DNA of 64,000 bases, taken from assembly GCA_964106915.2 (NCBI GenBank), contig OZ066916.1; one strand, given 5' to 3'. The notes below the pieces were generated by a model. The model worked only from the letters and a program-made list of their open reading frames with translations, searched no databases and was not told where the DNA came from. Made by a program: the position numbers and the translations under genes. The number at the start of each line of letters is the position of its first letter. The stretch's first letter is position 1. This DNA is from Podarcis gaigeae. Its lineage: Eukaryota. Shown here piece by piece: positions 24,456-37,437 of this stretch.

Positions 24456-26419
24456 ATCCAGAAGTGGCCCCCACACCCAGGAAGCCTGACTATTCAACTG
24501 GTAATGAATACTGTAATTGGTACCAAGACAAACACTATATAAACCAAAAGATGGTCCAGTGTTGCATGTAAATCTGTCCAGTGAGTCTTGGAAAGCTGAT
24601 CCAAGACTATCCAGTGGAAAGGCTCTTTCAAAGCCAAGTTCTCATTGCCTATTAACAAGACCCTATGGGCTGCTTTCCCCCCCTTCTTCATCTTTCTGAT
24701 TTGCACATTTCACACTGCAAAAGAGTCTTTCAATCAGCCCTGCTCCGTAGCCAACTTCTTGCTCAAAGGTTAAAAAGAACGTATTGATTACACTGTGAAG
24801 TGTGCCAATGACATTTCTAAGGTTGGGTAGTACAAATCTATAGATAGCCAAGGAGCGTTCATGCTTGATCAAGTTCTGCTTGTTATTTGGAGAAGTTCAA
24901 ACTTTCATGGATGAAAGGTGCTTCACACGTGCCATAATTTTTTCTCAGTTGTTTTAGTATTAAAAACAAAAACAAAAAACCACAACACTTTTTTATATAA
25001 AGGAAGTCTCGTATCTGATTTGAAAAGAGGGGGCACAATTTATTTTGCAGCCTAGATGTGGATAAGTTGGTGGTTTAATGAAAATCTATCCACATTTTTA
25101 CCATTCTCCATCAATTAATGAGGGGAAAAAATGCATTTTAAAATGATCAAAAGGGAGTGAAAATTTTGGTGAAATTATCATGGGCGGGGTTCAGGGTTTT
25201 GGTGTCTTAAACTTACTTTTGAGATGGTCAAGGGACGTTTGTGAGTGTCCTTACTTTCATTCTATACATCATGTCATTGGTGGTCTGCACTTCCTGGTTT
25301 CCTATGCTTCAATCCAAACCCAGGGGAAGACGTTATGAGGCAACTCCTCCCAGGGGCTTCTCCAGATCAGTAAATGTGGGCGGGTGGCAAGGCTGCAAAG
25401 TGTTGGAAAAGATTCACTGGGTAGAAAAACACACACACTGACCTCAGCCACTTCATACTATATGGTAAAAACGAAAACCCCACACCCAGAGAAAAGTTCC
25501 CAAGAATTAGATAGAAAAATGGAAGGGAAGAAAGCTATTGAGAAGTTAGAGGAGAGATTTTGGCACTGGATAAAACATGCTTGAAGAGCTGGTGTAAACA
25601 GATTGAGTTCTATGGTGATTTCTTCTGAATTCTTCAACGGTAGATTCTCTTGCTGACTTTCCACCAAACCAAAATGTGCCATATGAATTTCCTGACTACC
25701 TCACACCACCTCCTCTCTCTGTAACAAACAATGGCCCAGCTGCTGGGAAGCTAGTTTAGCTGTTCTACCCCACCTGGCAAGCTGCTTCTATCAAATCTCT
25801 CCCCCCACCCCATGATAAGAATCGTTAGGAAGAGTACAGGTAAGCATGCTAGCCTTGTATCACTGGCCATGTCATCTCTATGAGTTGACATGCTGAAAAT
25901 TTACTGCGGGAAGCCTTTTCTACCACCGCAGGCTGCTATGTGTGCTCCTCGCTGCAGATGTTTGCCCTCCAACTCATAGATGGTGACATGGGCAGGCACA
26001 CCACCCACTGTCCCCTTCATGGTATGAAGGGCATAACACCTAAGAGTCTCTCACCTGATTTCTTGACTAAAGACATCAAAGGTGTTCAAATATTACATTC
26101 AAGAAGTGAAGAATCTGTGTGCCTATGTACACAAATAGTTGAGCTTGTACAGTTATTCACATGTAGCATTCAACCAATGTCTGCGCACATGATAGTTGAC
26201 CTGGAAAATCAACGTGTGCACACAATTTCACATAAACAGCTATACGTATGTAAAGGGAGCTTGTACGTGTGTTCAGCATGATGGATGAACAAACCTATAT
26301 TGCAAACGCATTTGGAAATTCCTCCTCAGGCAGATGTTGAAATCAAAATGCTTTGAGAAAGCTAATGGAAGGCAGCCGGGTTAGGGAAGTGTGGGTTGTA
26401 CTACTGTTGCATACTAGAC

Positions 26420-27052
26420 GTGGGTGGCACTGTGGTCTAAACCACTGAGTCTCTTGGGCTTGCCGATTGGAAGGTTGGCAGTTCGAATTCCCATGACGGA
26501 GTGAGCTCCCATTGCTTTGTCTCAGCTCCTGCCAACCTAGCAGTTCAAAAGCACGCCCGTGCAAGTAGATAAATAGGTACCACTGTGGTGGTAAGGTAAA
26601 CGGCATTTCCGTGCACTCTGGTTACCGTAATGGTGTTCCGTTGTGCCAGAAGCGGTTTAGTCATGCTGGTCACATGACCCGGAAAACTGTCTGTGGATAA
26701 ATGCTGGCTCCCTCTGCCTGAAAGCGAGATGAGCGCTGCAGCCCCATACAGTCGTACCTTGGTTTGTCAAACTTAATCCATTCCGGAAGTCCGTTCGACT
26801 CCTGGAACCATCTGACAACCAAGGTGCAGCTTCCAATTGGCTGCAGGAGCTTGCTGCACTCAACTGGAAGCCATGGAAGCCGCGTCGGATGTTCAGCTTC
26901 CGAAAAACGTTTGCAAACCAGAACACTCACTTCCAGGTTTGCGGCGTTCGGAAGCCAAAACAGCTGAGTACCAAGGAGTTTGAGAACCAAGGTATGACTG
27001 CAGTCGCCTTTGACTGGACTTAACAGTTCAGGGGTCCTTTACCTTTTTACCT
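26420..27052 (+). mobile_element. Sauria SINE interrupted by a Tigger-like MITE
   Basis: tRNA head with a GTTCGAATTCC B box, ACCTTT tail, 8-bp TSD TACTAGAC at 26412-26419 and 27053-27060. Confidence 0.92.
26749..27000. mobile_element. Tigger-like MITE nested in the SINE
   Basis: TIRs CAGTCGTACCTTGGTT / AACCAAGGTATGACTG; TA on the left, CA (mutated TA) on the right. Confidence 0.88.
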
Positions 27053-28639
27053 TACTAGACCTTCAGCAGGCTGCAATGGCTACTTTGCTTTGCCCTGGCT
27101 AGTAGCAGCCTGGGTACCTGCCCCCATTTGTGATTCAGTCATTGAAAAGTCACTATCTTCAGATAACTTTGAAAAAGTTATCCATTTTATTCCTGTACTA
27201 TAGTTTCCCCAACATATGATAAGAATCATGGTGTCATAGAATAAATCCACCATACTGAGTAATCTATCCAGCTGCCAATGGAGGCCCGCCTCCCGGCAGA
27301 AAGCATAAGATATTAAGATGAGAGCGCATAACCTTTTTTTGGATTCATGCTTATTTTCCAAATTACAGGTTAGAAATAGAAAATAAAGTTTGAAATGACA
27401 TTTGAGCCATGGGACTTAGGAAAAAAACTGCATGGGGAAGGAAAGGTCATGATTTAATTGGAAAGAGGTGAACTCTAAGATAGTAGCATTGTAATAGTAG
27501 TTTCAAGGATGCCTTTCAGTTAAAAGCAAACCTTGTAGAGTATAGAAGATTTCTTTCAGCTAGGTGGATGAAATAATATCTTGACCTTCTCTAGTCAAGT
27601 AACAGTGAAAATGAAATACGATATATTTTATGCAAAAATATTTTGCACGTGATCAATGTTTTAAGAATGTCATCGTTCTGAAACAATAAATTAGAGGGGG
27701 GTTTTCCAGCTAAAATGATTTGATGAATGTATATTCTATCAAATGAGACTTATGAAAGCTTTGCTCTCCTAAATGCCTGACTCCCCCTCACACACACTCA
27801 TACACACACACACTTAACCATAATTTCTGACAGATTGGCTACTAATCAAGGAGACAATGCTGAAAAGGGGAAACACTAAATTTATTCTTGCATGATGGTG
27901 TTATAAGAAATCTATGTGGTGTCCTCATCCATAGATATAGTTTCTAAGTTATTTGCATTTTTTAAAAAATCATTTAGTTTTGTGAACGAACCAAGATTGA
28001 CACAGCTAGACTGCCTCTTTAATTTATCCAGTGTTCCAGAAGCTAATTTGTCAGTCTTGTCTTAACCCTGCCCTGCTTATTCATCATCAGCAGACAAGAA
28101 CACATTTCCGTCTCAGTGTTCATTTGCAGCCTGATCCTCAAAGAATGAGTGGTCACCGAAGGCCTGCTGAATCCAACCTGCCTTGCACCGCCAACGTCCT
28201 TTGAGGATGCAAAACCCTGTGCAGAGCATCCTTGCTGAGACCGCCCATTAGTACCAAATGAGGTGACATTTCCTTGTGATAGGAAATCGTAGTGGTTGCT
28301 ATATTATTTATGATCATTAATAATGCATCAGGCTCCAGCCATGTGGCTGACCCTTCCCAAGCAAATAAGATTCTTTCTTTCTTTCTTTTTGCAGATCCCT
28401 GCCCTCTAAGGGCTCACAATCTACATTAGACAAAGAACGTGCATAAGCAAAAGATGGGAATGGAAAAGCACGTGCGTACAGGTAAAAGTAAAATTACAGG
28501 GGGAGTTCCTAAAGTAGGAGGATCCAGAAAAAAATAACTTTGGGAAAGGAGTACAAAAAAGTTTGAGAGAAAATATGGATTTAAAGCAGCAGCCTCATGA
28601 CAAAAAATGAGGGGACTACAATGTGAAAAAGGTGAATGT

Positions 28640-28702
28640 TAGTGCTTTTTTTCTAGGTGTATATGTAGTACCGGCACCTCTTTTCCGATAAGAAAAGTAC
28701 TG
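28640..28702. mobile_element. 63-bp hAT-type mini-MITE
   Basis: TAGTGCTTTT...AAAAGTACTG ends; TSD GTGAATGT / GTGGATGT. Confidence 0.65.
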
Positions 28703-28711
28703 GTGGATGTT

Positions 28712-29021
28712 GTGCGCTCATCTCACTCTAGAGGCCAGGAGCCAGCGCTGTCCACAGACACTTCCGGGTCACGTGGCCAGCGTGACGAAGCTGCTCTGGC
28801 GAACCGGCACCAGCGCAGCACACGGAAACGCCGTTTACCTTCCCGCTATAAAGTGGTACCTATTTATCTACTTGCACTTAAGGGTGCTTTCGAACTGCTA
28901 GGTGGGCAGGAGCTGGGACCGAACGACGGGAGCTCACCCCGCTGCGGGGATTCGAACCACCGACCATGCGATCGGCAAGTCCTAGGCGCTGAGGTTTTAC
29001 CCACAGCACCACCCGCGTCCC
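28712..29021 (-). mobile_element. Sauria SINE, CpG-rich, lacking its 3' tail
   Basis: Shares gtacctatttatctacttgcac and tgctttcgaactgctagg with the other copies; GGGACGCGGG head at 29021. Confidence 0.9.
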
Positions 29022-30960
29022 TCACGGGCGTCCCTCAATGTGATTATTACCACCAAGTAATTTCTGGTACATGTGTATCCATTTGGTTAGGGTTTCTGAC
29101 CACTAGAACTACTTCTATGTATGCCTCCCCATTTAACCAAGTGAAATTGAAGACTTCTGGCAGTAATCATTCACACAAGAGCTCATCCACACTTCTACTT
29201 TCCCCGCCACTTTCTCCTGGGGAAACCCTCACTTTAATGGTGAATCAGAGCAAATGTCCCTCAGGTTTTCTCCAGACATTTGTTCAGGTTTTCTGTGGGA
29301 AAGTGGTGGGACAAAGACAAAACTGTTCGAACCTGTGCCTAGAAAGTACAGGACAAGCGGGAAACCACTCAGATTCTTGCTTTCTAGACATGGGGCAAGT
29401 GTGGACAATGAGCCCTTAGTTTACAAAGGGTTGGTACACAGCAGCTTGTGAATGAAGCCTCCAGGTGTCTGTAGCAGATGCCAGAAGCCTTAGCAGCTAC
29501 AGCCGGAAACCTGGGGTGTGAACACACAGAGACACAATCACAGACTGCTGTGCGAATGAACTCAAAGAGTTGGCTTGATATGTGACTGAAAGAAAAAACA
29601 CACACCAAGGGTGTGTGATAACTGTTCACAAGTTCAGGCTGATATTCTTCATGAAAAATTAGCAGTAGTGGTAGTTTGAAATTATTATTTTTGGAAAAAG
29701 TGTTTCTTTATAAAAAGCGTTTGACCACTTGACATTTCTCATCAGCCTAGCCTACTTAGGTTTGAATCCATATTATGACGAAGGATATGTAATTAGGTAG
29801 ACCTACTGCCATAGAGATAACTGCTTGCATACTTAAATAACAATTCTCATACTCACACCCTTCTGCTGAATGTGCATTTTAATTACTTTATCCCACATAC
29901 TTCTGTGTTTGGCAACAATAACAATAAAATCCATTTTTGCATGTTAAGATGATTCACAGAACAAATTAAGTTAGTTCCATTGAATTTCCATTTCTGTCAT
30001 GAATTTAGTAACTCTCAAACTATTAGGTTTTTAGTTTTCACATTTGATGTGCTTGATCTTAAACCACTGAGTAATAAAATGTGGGAGATTACAAATCAGT
30101 CTAGTTAAATTAGAATATTCATAAAGTTCGACTCCTTAAGAAAACCATTCAGTAAGTAATTGTAATATTCATTGCCAGCATTAGTTTATAATTGAGTTAG
30201 ATGTGTGAAATACTCCCCCATGATGTGCACAAGAAACAACATTAACTTTATTCCACAAACATATAAACTATTTTTGTTTGTCTGCAGTGAAGATAATATA
30301 GTTATATTAAAACCTTGGAAATGGTTTTGAAATTACAAATGCAGTGTTTCAGAAGATAGCTGCTCCTAGGGCTTTTAGAGCTGAAAGAGAAGCTGAGAAG
30401 AGAATTGATTTTCATGTCAAAAATAAAATTAATAAGCACCCCCCTTGCAACTACAAGGTGCTAGTTAGACATAACTGGAAAAACATGCTACATGAATGAT
30501 CGTACAGTATATGAACCCTGGGCTTGCATGTTCACCTCCTCTCGAAACAGCCTCAAGCAGTGAAAGGTATACTTTTGCTTCAACCTTTAAACAAGCCCCA
30601 GTTCCATGTTACATAAAAATGGGAAATGGGGGTTATTTAAACTGTGGTTTCACAACAAGTCTGGATGTAAAACCATGCTTCATCTTGATTTACTATAACA
30701 AACTGTAGTTTAAACATACCAGTTTCCCTGTTCAGAGTAACAGTTTAAAAGCAGAAGCAAAAAGTTCCTCCTTGTGGCCACACAAAAGGAAAGGAAGGGG
30801 CAGCATGTGAACCCAAGGTTCATGCAAGCCTGCTCACTTAGTTGGAAGGCACACTTCCCCAATATAGTTTCCCATTACACTGAAATGGCAAGCTCCAATA
30901 TATTGGTAGCTTTTGTCTCCAGTTGTGCAATGAACTTGACTGATCTTATTGGGTCTACTC

Positions 30961-31378
30961 AGAACATGAGAAGAACTTGCTGGACCCGCCCAATGGCCAA
31001 TCTTGTCAAGCATTGTGTTCTCACCAGGTGTCTCTTCTTCTTTGGCGATCACTCGTAGGCTAGTAAGATTGGCGTCCGTGAACACAGTCTTAACAGTGAA
31101 TCCGTAAGTGATTGTGGAGACCAACGCTGGATCCACACTTCCTTCCACAGTGGGGACATAGGTTTCCGGGCGAGAATTGATCACGGTGAGGGTTTGCCAA
31201 GTATGCCGTCCTCTTAGCACATTTCTGCCTTTCATCCTGAGTTCGAGACCAGCTGTCTAAAACAGGAGCACAGGAGCCCTCTCTCCACTTGTGGTTTCCA
31301 GCAACTAATATTCAGAAGCATACTGCCTATGACAGTGGAGGTAGGACATAGGTACTGATAACCATATCCTCCATGAAA
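30961..31378 (-). mobile_element. CR1 3' fragment split by an RTE insertion
   Basis: agaacatgagaag...gctgga...aatggcc on the left and ccacttgtggtttccagcaact...gacagtggagg on the right. Matches 17296-17520. Confidence 0.75.
31034..31247 (-). mobile_element. RTE-clade LINE 3' end (zinc-finger type)
   Basis: Antisense match to 19630-19845; TSD ACCAGGTGTCT / ACCAGCTGTCT. Confidence 0.85.
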
Positions 31379-31430
31379 TCAAGTAATGATTCTGAATTAA
31401 ATCCGTATGGTTGTATCTAGTCATCTAGTC

Positions 31431-31566
31431 CAGTGTTTCCCAACCTTGGGCCTCCAGCTGTTTTTGGACTACAACTCCCATCATCCCTAGCTAGCAAGAC
31501 CAGTGGTCAGGGATGATGGGAATTGTAGTTCAAAAACAGCTGGAGACCCAAGGTTGGGAAACACTG
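31431..31566. mobile_element. Palindromic hAT-type MITE
   Basis: Near-perfect 136-bp hairpin CAGTGTTTCCCAACCTTGGG...CCCAAGGTTGGGAAACACTG; 8-bp TSD ATCTAGTC. Confidence 0.93.
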
Positions 31567-32191
31567 ATCTAGTCAGTATCTAGTCAGGATGTTCCAGTCA
31601 TCCTAGCTGTGCAAGCTTTCCAGATGGAACAATTCCCCTTCTCCTGTCCCAATTTCAGGGGGTATGCAGAGGAAGGAGTGGGAGGGGGACCCCACTGCAC
31701 CATCAGAAATCCTTGTGCCTGGCTTCCACAAAACTGGATAGGTGATATTGAATTAAAGATACAGTTGACACTGGGAAAAAGCAATGGCTCAAATAAAAGA
31801 TAAAACAACTCAGGAAGATAAGCAGGATAGGAGCAGGTAGGCAGCTGCAAGAAAAAGGAGGCTGGTGCCAGTAGAGAAACCTTTCCAGACAGCAAAACAA
31901 AATTGTTAGAATACAGTTTAGAGGGAAGACTAGGGAATATTTCAGAACACATCATAAATTGCAGGGGAAGCATTCACTTCTTGCTGCCTGTGAGCTATGT
32001 TTCTTTTTCTAATCCCAGGAATATCAAAGGGTAATGGCTCTCATCCTTAAGTTACCAGCAGCTGAGGAAAATAGGTTGACGTTGTTTTCACTCCTTATTA
32101 TATTTATTTAGCACTGACAGAGTCCTAGGCATTCTAAAGAACATAGAAATGACACAGTTGCAAGGAAAAAGACCCGAGAGCCTAGGATTTG

Positions 32192-32251
32192 ACTGAAGGT
32201 AGGAAATGATAGGAGAGCTACTGAAGGTAGGAAATGATAGGAGAGCTACTG
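32192..32251. repeat. 28-bp tandem duplication
   Basis: actgaaggtaggaaatgataggagagct twice, followed by actg. Confidence 0.95.
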
Positions 32252-34784
32252 TTAGTACAGGTGAATCTGGTCTACCAGGTGATCTGGTGATGCTACAGAA
32301 AGGTCCGATAAAAGATGAAGCCCTGTTTTATGAATCTCATCAATTCACACCAAGCTTAACTCTCCCATCCTACCCTCTCAAGTGAATGCTAGGAAGGTTT
32401 TAGTTAAGTCTGGGGACAATTTACTTTATTTCCTCCTTCTTTGAGGGGCCAGTTGTAGTTGCGTAGCAGTTGAGTAGCAGCTCAGTCTCCTATGATCATT
32501 GTCCATCTCCATTCAGTGAAAAGCTTTATTGGCTGCTAATATTGCTGTGGTTTTCAACATATATCCTGTCCTTCCAAAAGAGCTCGTTTTATCTTAAATG
32601 CATAATAGCAGGCCTGGCTGGAATTTATTCTGGTTAGTTGGCAACTGTGCTCTTGCCCAGGGCTGGCATGTTGGCAGAACACATGGACTTCTTTGGATTA
32701 ATAGTTTCAAATTAATGAACCCAGAAATCTGTAGCCTACATGTAATAATGTTTCCATCTATTTCCACATCACAGGGAGTTTTGAGGTGTTAAGTCAAACC
32801 TTTTCACATGCTTAGCAAATATGTGACGGGAAATGCTTGCTAATCAAGTCCCTCTGTGGCCAATATTTTCACTGGTGATTCCCTTGATGGCCATGTGTAT
32901 AGAGATAATGAGAAAATACTCTGTGTATATACAGAACTTCCTAACAATCAGGAATCCTAACTGGGCCAGGGTACCAGTAATGAGGAAGAGCCCTGATGCA
33001 CACAACTGTGCACATGTCATTAATGCAAAATGTACAGCCATTGGTGCTTTGTGGGGATGTGGTGAGTGGGCATGCTTCCACTGCTTCTTCACACTTCCGA
33101 TGAACGCATGAAGGTAGGGTCACTTGAATACCCCGTAGAACTGAAAATCAGCTCTACCATTGAACTGACTTTCTTTTACTCTTACAGTATCTATCATCCA
33201 TAACTTGGAAAGCGTATGAACATCCACAAAAAATTATTGTTGGTGATCAAAAGGCTCAACGACATTATAATAGGGAAACAACCCAGCTTGGGAATGTGTA
33301 TGTACAATTAATGTATGTTTAAAAAAATAAATCATTACAACTTTTTAAAAAATGCCAGATAAGCCCCAAAGATCTGCCAGGAGTCAAATATTATACAAGG
33401 CTGATAATGCAGACATTTCCTGATTCTAGCAGTATCTATTTTCTGTTGCCTTTCCTTAATTAAACTTGCTGTTAGATGGGCATATAAACATTCCAAGAGT
33501 TTATTTGCATCATCAAGTTGACTTCCTTAGTTATGCAGCTACATCAGCATCTTGCTGAATGTTTAGTCCATGTAATATAATTCATTCGCATATATTCTCA
33601 TATCTTGAAAAGAAATCTGGAGATAGGATGCTGTGCTTCCGTATGGCTTACAGCACAAAGCTGAGAAATTATATCTACTTTCCCATCTCTTCCAATCAGA
33701 CCATTGTCTTTGTCCTTGGATCAACCAGTCTCTTCTTCTCCAACCCCCAGCCACCAAAAAGAAAGAAAATAGAAGCTGACCAAATGTGGATAACATGTGT
33801 TTCCCCCCCCCTCCCCTTTCCTGGTTCATTTTTAAAAAATTTTAACTCTTGTGTGCCATCCCTCCAAGCAGACCCAGGGGCCTGATTTTTAAAGCAGGTT
33901 CATTATTTCCAATAGAATGGCAGGAGAGGTAAAACATTCATCATATGTCCTTGGGCTATACAAGAGGTATTTCACTGGGTATGTTCAAAAGGGCATTTAA
34001 TCACTTGTCCGGGATGTTGCATAGATCATAAATATAAACTGTAGTATTACTGTACATGATGACACTTGGTAGTTTCTGTTTCTTCCAGTTCTTTGCATAG
34101 CGATGAGACAGTGCTGGCTACAAATACAAAGGAGGAAAAGAAAGTACCATGTAAATGAAATACCTGCCTATTCATGCCCCCCCCTCTCTCTCATGCCTCT
34201 GCTTATCTGGGCCTTTCCTTCTTGTTGACTTGTCCTTGTTGGAACCACTGCTTGACTGGAATTGGACCATGGATGCTATGGCCTCTCGCTCTGCCGGCAA
34301 CAGATAACCTCCAACCTGGGACCCAGCTAGGACAGGACAATTACACTGAGATCTTAGATGTTGCATTTAAAACCGAATACACTTCCCCCTGTCTTTTAGT
34401 GCAGGAATAGCTGCCCCTTTTTGGTCTGAGGGCTGCATTCACCTTTGGCCAACCCTCCAGGGTCTGCTTGCCAGTTGTGGGTGTAGCCAGTGGGTGTGAC
34501 CACCTTCTCTCACGTGGACATGTAAGGCACATAACCACAGCTCCTTAGGTGGAGAGGGCGATTATAATTCCTTTTGCACGCAATCTGGTAGATAGGGAGA
34601 GGGTTAGTTCCATCTCCATCTGGGTAGGGCACTGAACTGGGTGGAGAGGTTTAAACCTCTCTGCCAACCCCAGCACTATGTCTACCTTATTTTTTATATT
34701 CCCCACCACCACCATTGGGTCAGAGAATAATTAAAGGGAAATATCAACTTGTAGTGACCACTGATCACATCATTTTGCATCCTG

Positions 34785-35098
34785 ATGGGTGATGGGTGAA
34801 TTGGTCTATCTACAGTCCTTGCTGCTTTTGCATGTGTTCTTCCATAATTCCACTCCATCTTGCTTTTTTACCAATTTTTTTTAAAAAATGCATTGAAAAA
34901 TATGTTGAAACACATATTTTCTCTAGAATATGTGCACTTCTCCTAAAATATGCATTTCTCAATGTATTTTCTCTAAAAATGCAAACCTTTCAATGTATTT
35001 TGATGGTGGATATTCAAATTCACGCATTAGTCAAAAAGCTACAGATCTGCTGATTTCACACTGGAATTCCAAGAGATCATATTCTTCAAGCATCCCTA
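34785..35098. mobile_element. AT-rich non-autonomous element (..GGGATG / CATCCCTA family)
   Basis: Ends in catcccta; tgcatttt-rich body like 47760-47970 and 50151-50889. Confidence 0.45.
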
Positions 35099-36199
35099 CT
35101 GTCTCCATGGTTCTGTCTACCCTCAAAATACCAGTTGGGGAGGGGGAAATCCAAGATACAAAAGGTGCTGAGTACTAAAGATAACGACTCTCTTGCAGAT
35201 CTAAAAGGATCATTTTGCCCTTAGGAGGTAGGGAAAGGCTACATTTGTGGCAGAGCACACCACTTGTGTGTGACATTATATAATATGAATAATTTATGTT
35301 GCTAATAGCGCTGCCTCGGAAAGATGGGTGGAAGTGGGTAATTACCCATGGATAATACTTTATATATTTTGTAGGTAGAACTGTCTCAACCTAAGAATAT
35401 ACACTGAAGCTAGAAACAACTTTCAGATATGAATGACTCAATGAATCATGAATGACTGCGATTTCCTTGGGATCTAATTTGGTTTAACACAAGCTTAAGT
35501 ACATAGCAAATGTATGCAAAAGCTCTGCACTCTCTGAGCTGTAAAAAGGCTACATTTTGAACTCTTCCAAGTCCTTTAACAGCTGATTGGTGTTTGAACA
35601 GTAAATTAGTACAAATTTGTAAATGCTTTTAGCTCCCATTCACAGCAAATTAAAGCCGGGGTTGTCCTCTGCGTTTGAGTATGAGTGCATGTGTGCACAA
35701 CACACACAAATGTGAACACAATGAAAGCAGGATTCTAATGGGTGCATGCTCAGTGCAATACTCCCTTGAATTTATTTTCCTGCACAAGTCATTAGTCAGT
35801 CTGTTGCCAAGCGCATGGTGGCATATGACAAAGAACAAAAATAAACACAGCCCTTGGTGCTGGTGTAAAGAGGGGAAATTTGTGAACTAAATGAGGCCAA
35901 ACCATTGCATGGTCAGGGATTCTACACTCAGGGGTTGCACAAGAATCCCATCATGGACCATGAAATAACACCTCCCTTTGCCAATGTTGCCAGGTGTGTG
36001 GGGAGTGAATAAATTCAGAAAGAAATTAATGTTCTAATAACAGCAAAGTGCTGTCTTCTTAGGAATCATTGCTATTTTATCCTAGAAGCCTTGTTTCTCT
36101 TTAGTATAGTAACTCTGAGATCACATGGGAAGGGTCAGTGATGTCGTTACCTTCATCACTAGCATCTTTCAGAATAAGCATCTTTATGGTGCTTACAAG

Positions 36200-36345
36200 A
36201 GATGTTCAACCATGGAACGGACTCCCCTTCGTTGGAGGTTTTTAAGCAGAGGTTGGATTGTTGTCTGTCATTCAGTTGAGATTCCTGCATTTCCCAAGGT
36301 AAACTTCAGAGTCCCTTCCAAGTCTACAGTTCTATGCTTCTATGA
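36200..36345 (+). mobile_element. CR1 LINE 3' end
   Basis: ggaggtttttaagcagaggttgga...gtcccttccaagtctacagttctatgcttctatga, the CR1 TTCTATG-type tail. Confidence 0.8.
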
Positions 36346-36823
36346 CAATGGAAATAAATCTATCCATGAGATCTCCTGCCCAGGGTTACCTATGGTATTG
36401 GAGTGGTATAAAAATCAGCCACGCTACAGAGTAGCTTCCTCACTGCTGAGGCAACATGGCAATGGACATTTAGATGCTTTACGGCACTGATCCCATTTCA
36501 AAACCATGCACCAGAAAAAGAGCTCAGCAGTAAAAGGTGAAGAGACCATGCATCTGGGTGGTGAGCCCAAGTGGTGGGGGGGATGGAGCTAGGTTAAGTT
36601 GTAGAGCTCCTTGATATGCATAAAACATGCTATCCATCCATTATACTTGGGCAATATGATAAGTCTTGCACAATTCAGACTTCACTCGCACAAAGAAAGT
36701 GTGTAAGTCAACTAGTTGCATACAGCTGCAATTTATATGCTAAATCACATGCAGAAATGCATGTATATCTTAAATACGGTATTTTAAGGAATTAAGCATG
36801 GAGACTGCATGTTTCTACAAAAT

Positions 36824-37041
36824 CAGTGCTTTCCCCCCCAGGGGTACTCAAGGGTATGCAGTACCGGCACTTCTTTTTCTAGAAGAAAAGCACAGGTTAA
36901 AGTGTAGCACTAACTGTAACAACTTCACAGTGAGTACCAGCACCATTTTTTCTAGAAGAAAAGCACAGGTTAAAGTGTAGCACTAACTGTAACAACTTCA
37001 CAGTGAGTACCAGCACCATTTTTTCTAGAAGAAAAGCAATG
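36824..37041. mobile_element. hAT-type MITE with an internal 73-bp tandem repeat (about 2.4 copies)
   Basis: CAGTGCTTT...AAAAGCAATG ends; agaagaaaagca recurs at 36881, 36954 and 37027. Confidence 0.75.
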
Positions 37042-37437
37042 CACTAAACTATGTACCTATCCCTGAGGCCAATAATGTATAGTATGAGGAGACCAAGACA
37101 TCACCTCAGTCCTATGCAGAATTAGGTTCAGTGCTGTGCTAACTTTGAATAGGACTGAATTGCAACCCTCATACTGGACAGTCATCTAGCTCCTGATCGG
37201 TTGATGTGAATGGACATTAATACAGATTTATAAACGCCAAGAGTCAAGACTGCGTTTCAGGAACAATGCCGTTCTCATGTGATCTTTGGAAAGTCAAGTA
37301 ATTACTGCTCTATGAGAGAACTAAGGATCACCGATCTACTGTTCTGTGTTCCATTATAAACTACAGTTATTGATTTAATTTGAAAGCAATTTATTATTAT
37401 TAATGTAGATTTGCCCTCAATCAGGGGCCAGGGCCAG

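Noticed and set aside
28703-29419. 238-aa ORF
   Set aside because: Antisense Sauria SINE reading through into flanking DNA; no protein features.
35425-35460. AP-1 (TGACTCA) site and other scattered copies
   Set aside because: The roughly ten sites seen are about what chance predicts for a 7-mer.
36860-37038. Repeat-spacer pattern resembling a CRISPR array
   Set aside because: The intervening segments are identical, so it is a tandem duplication; the context is eukaryotic with no cas genes.
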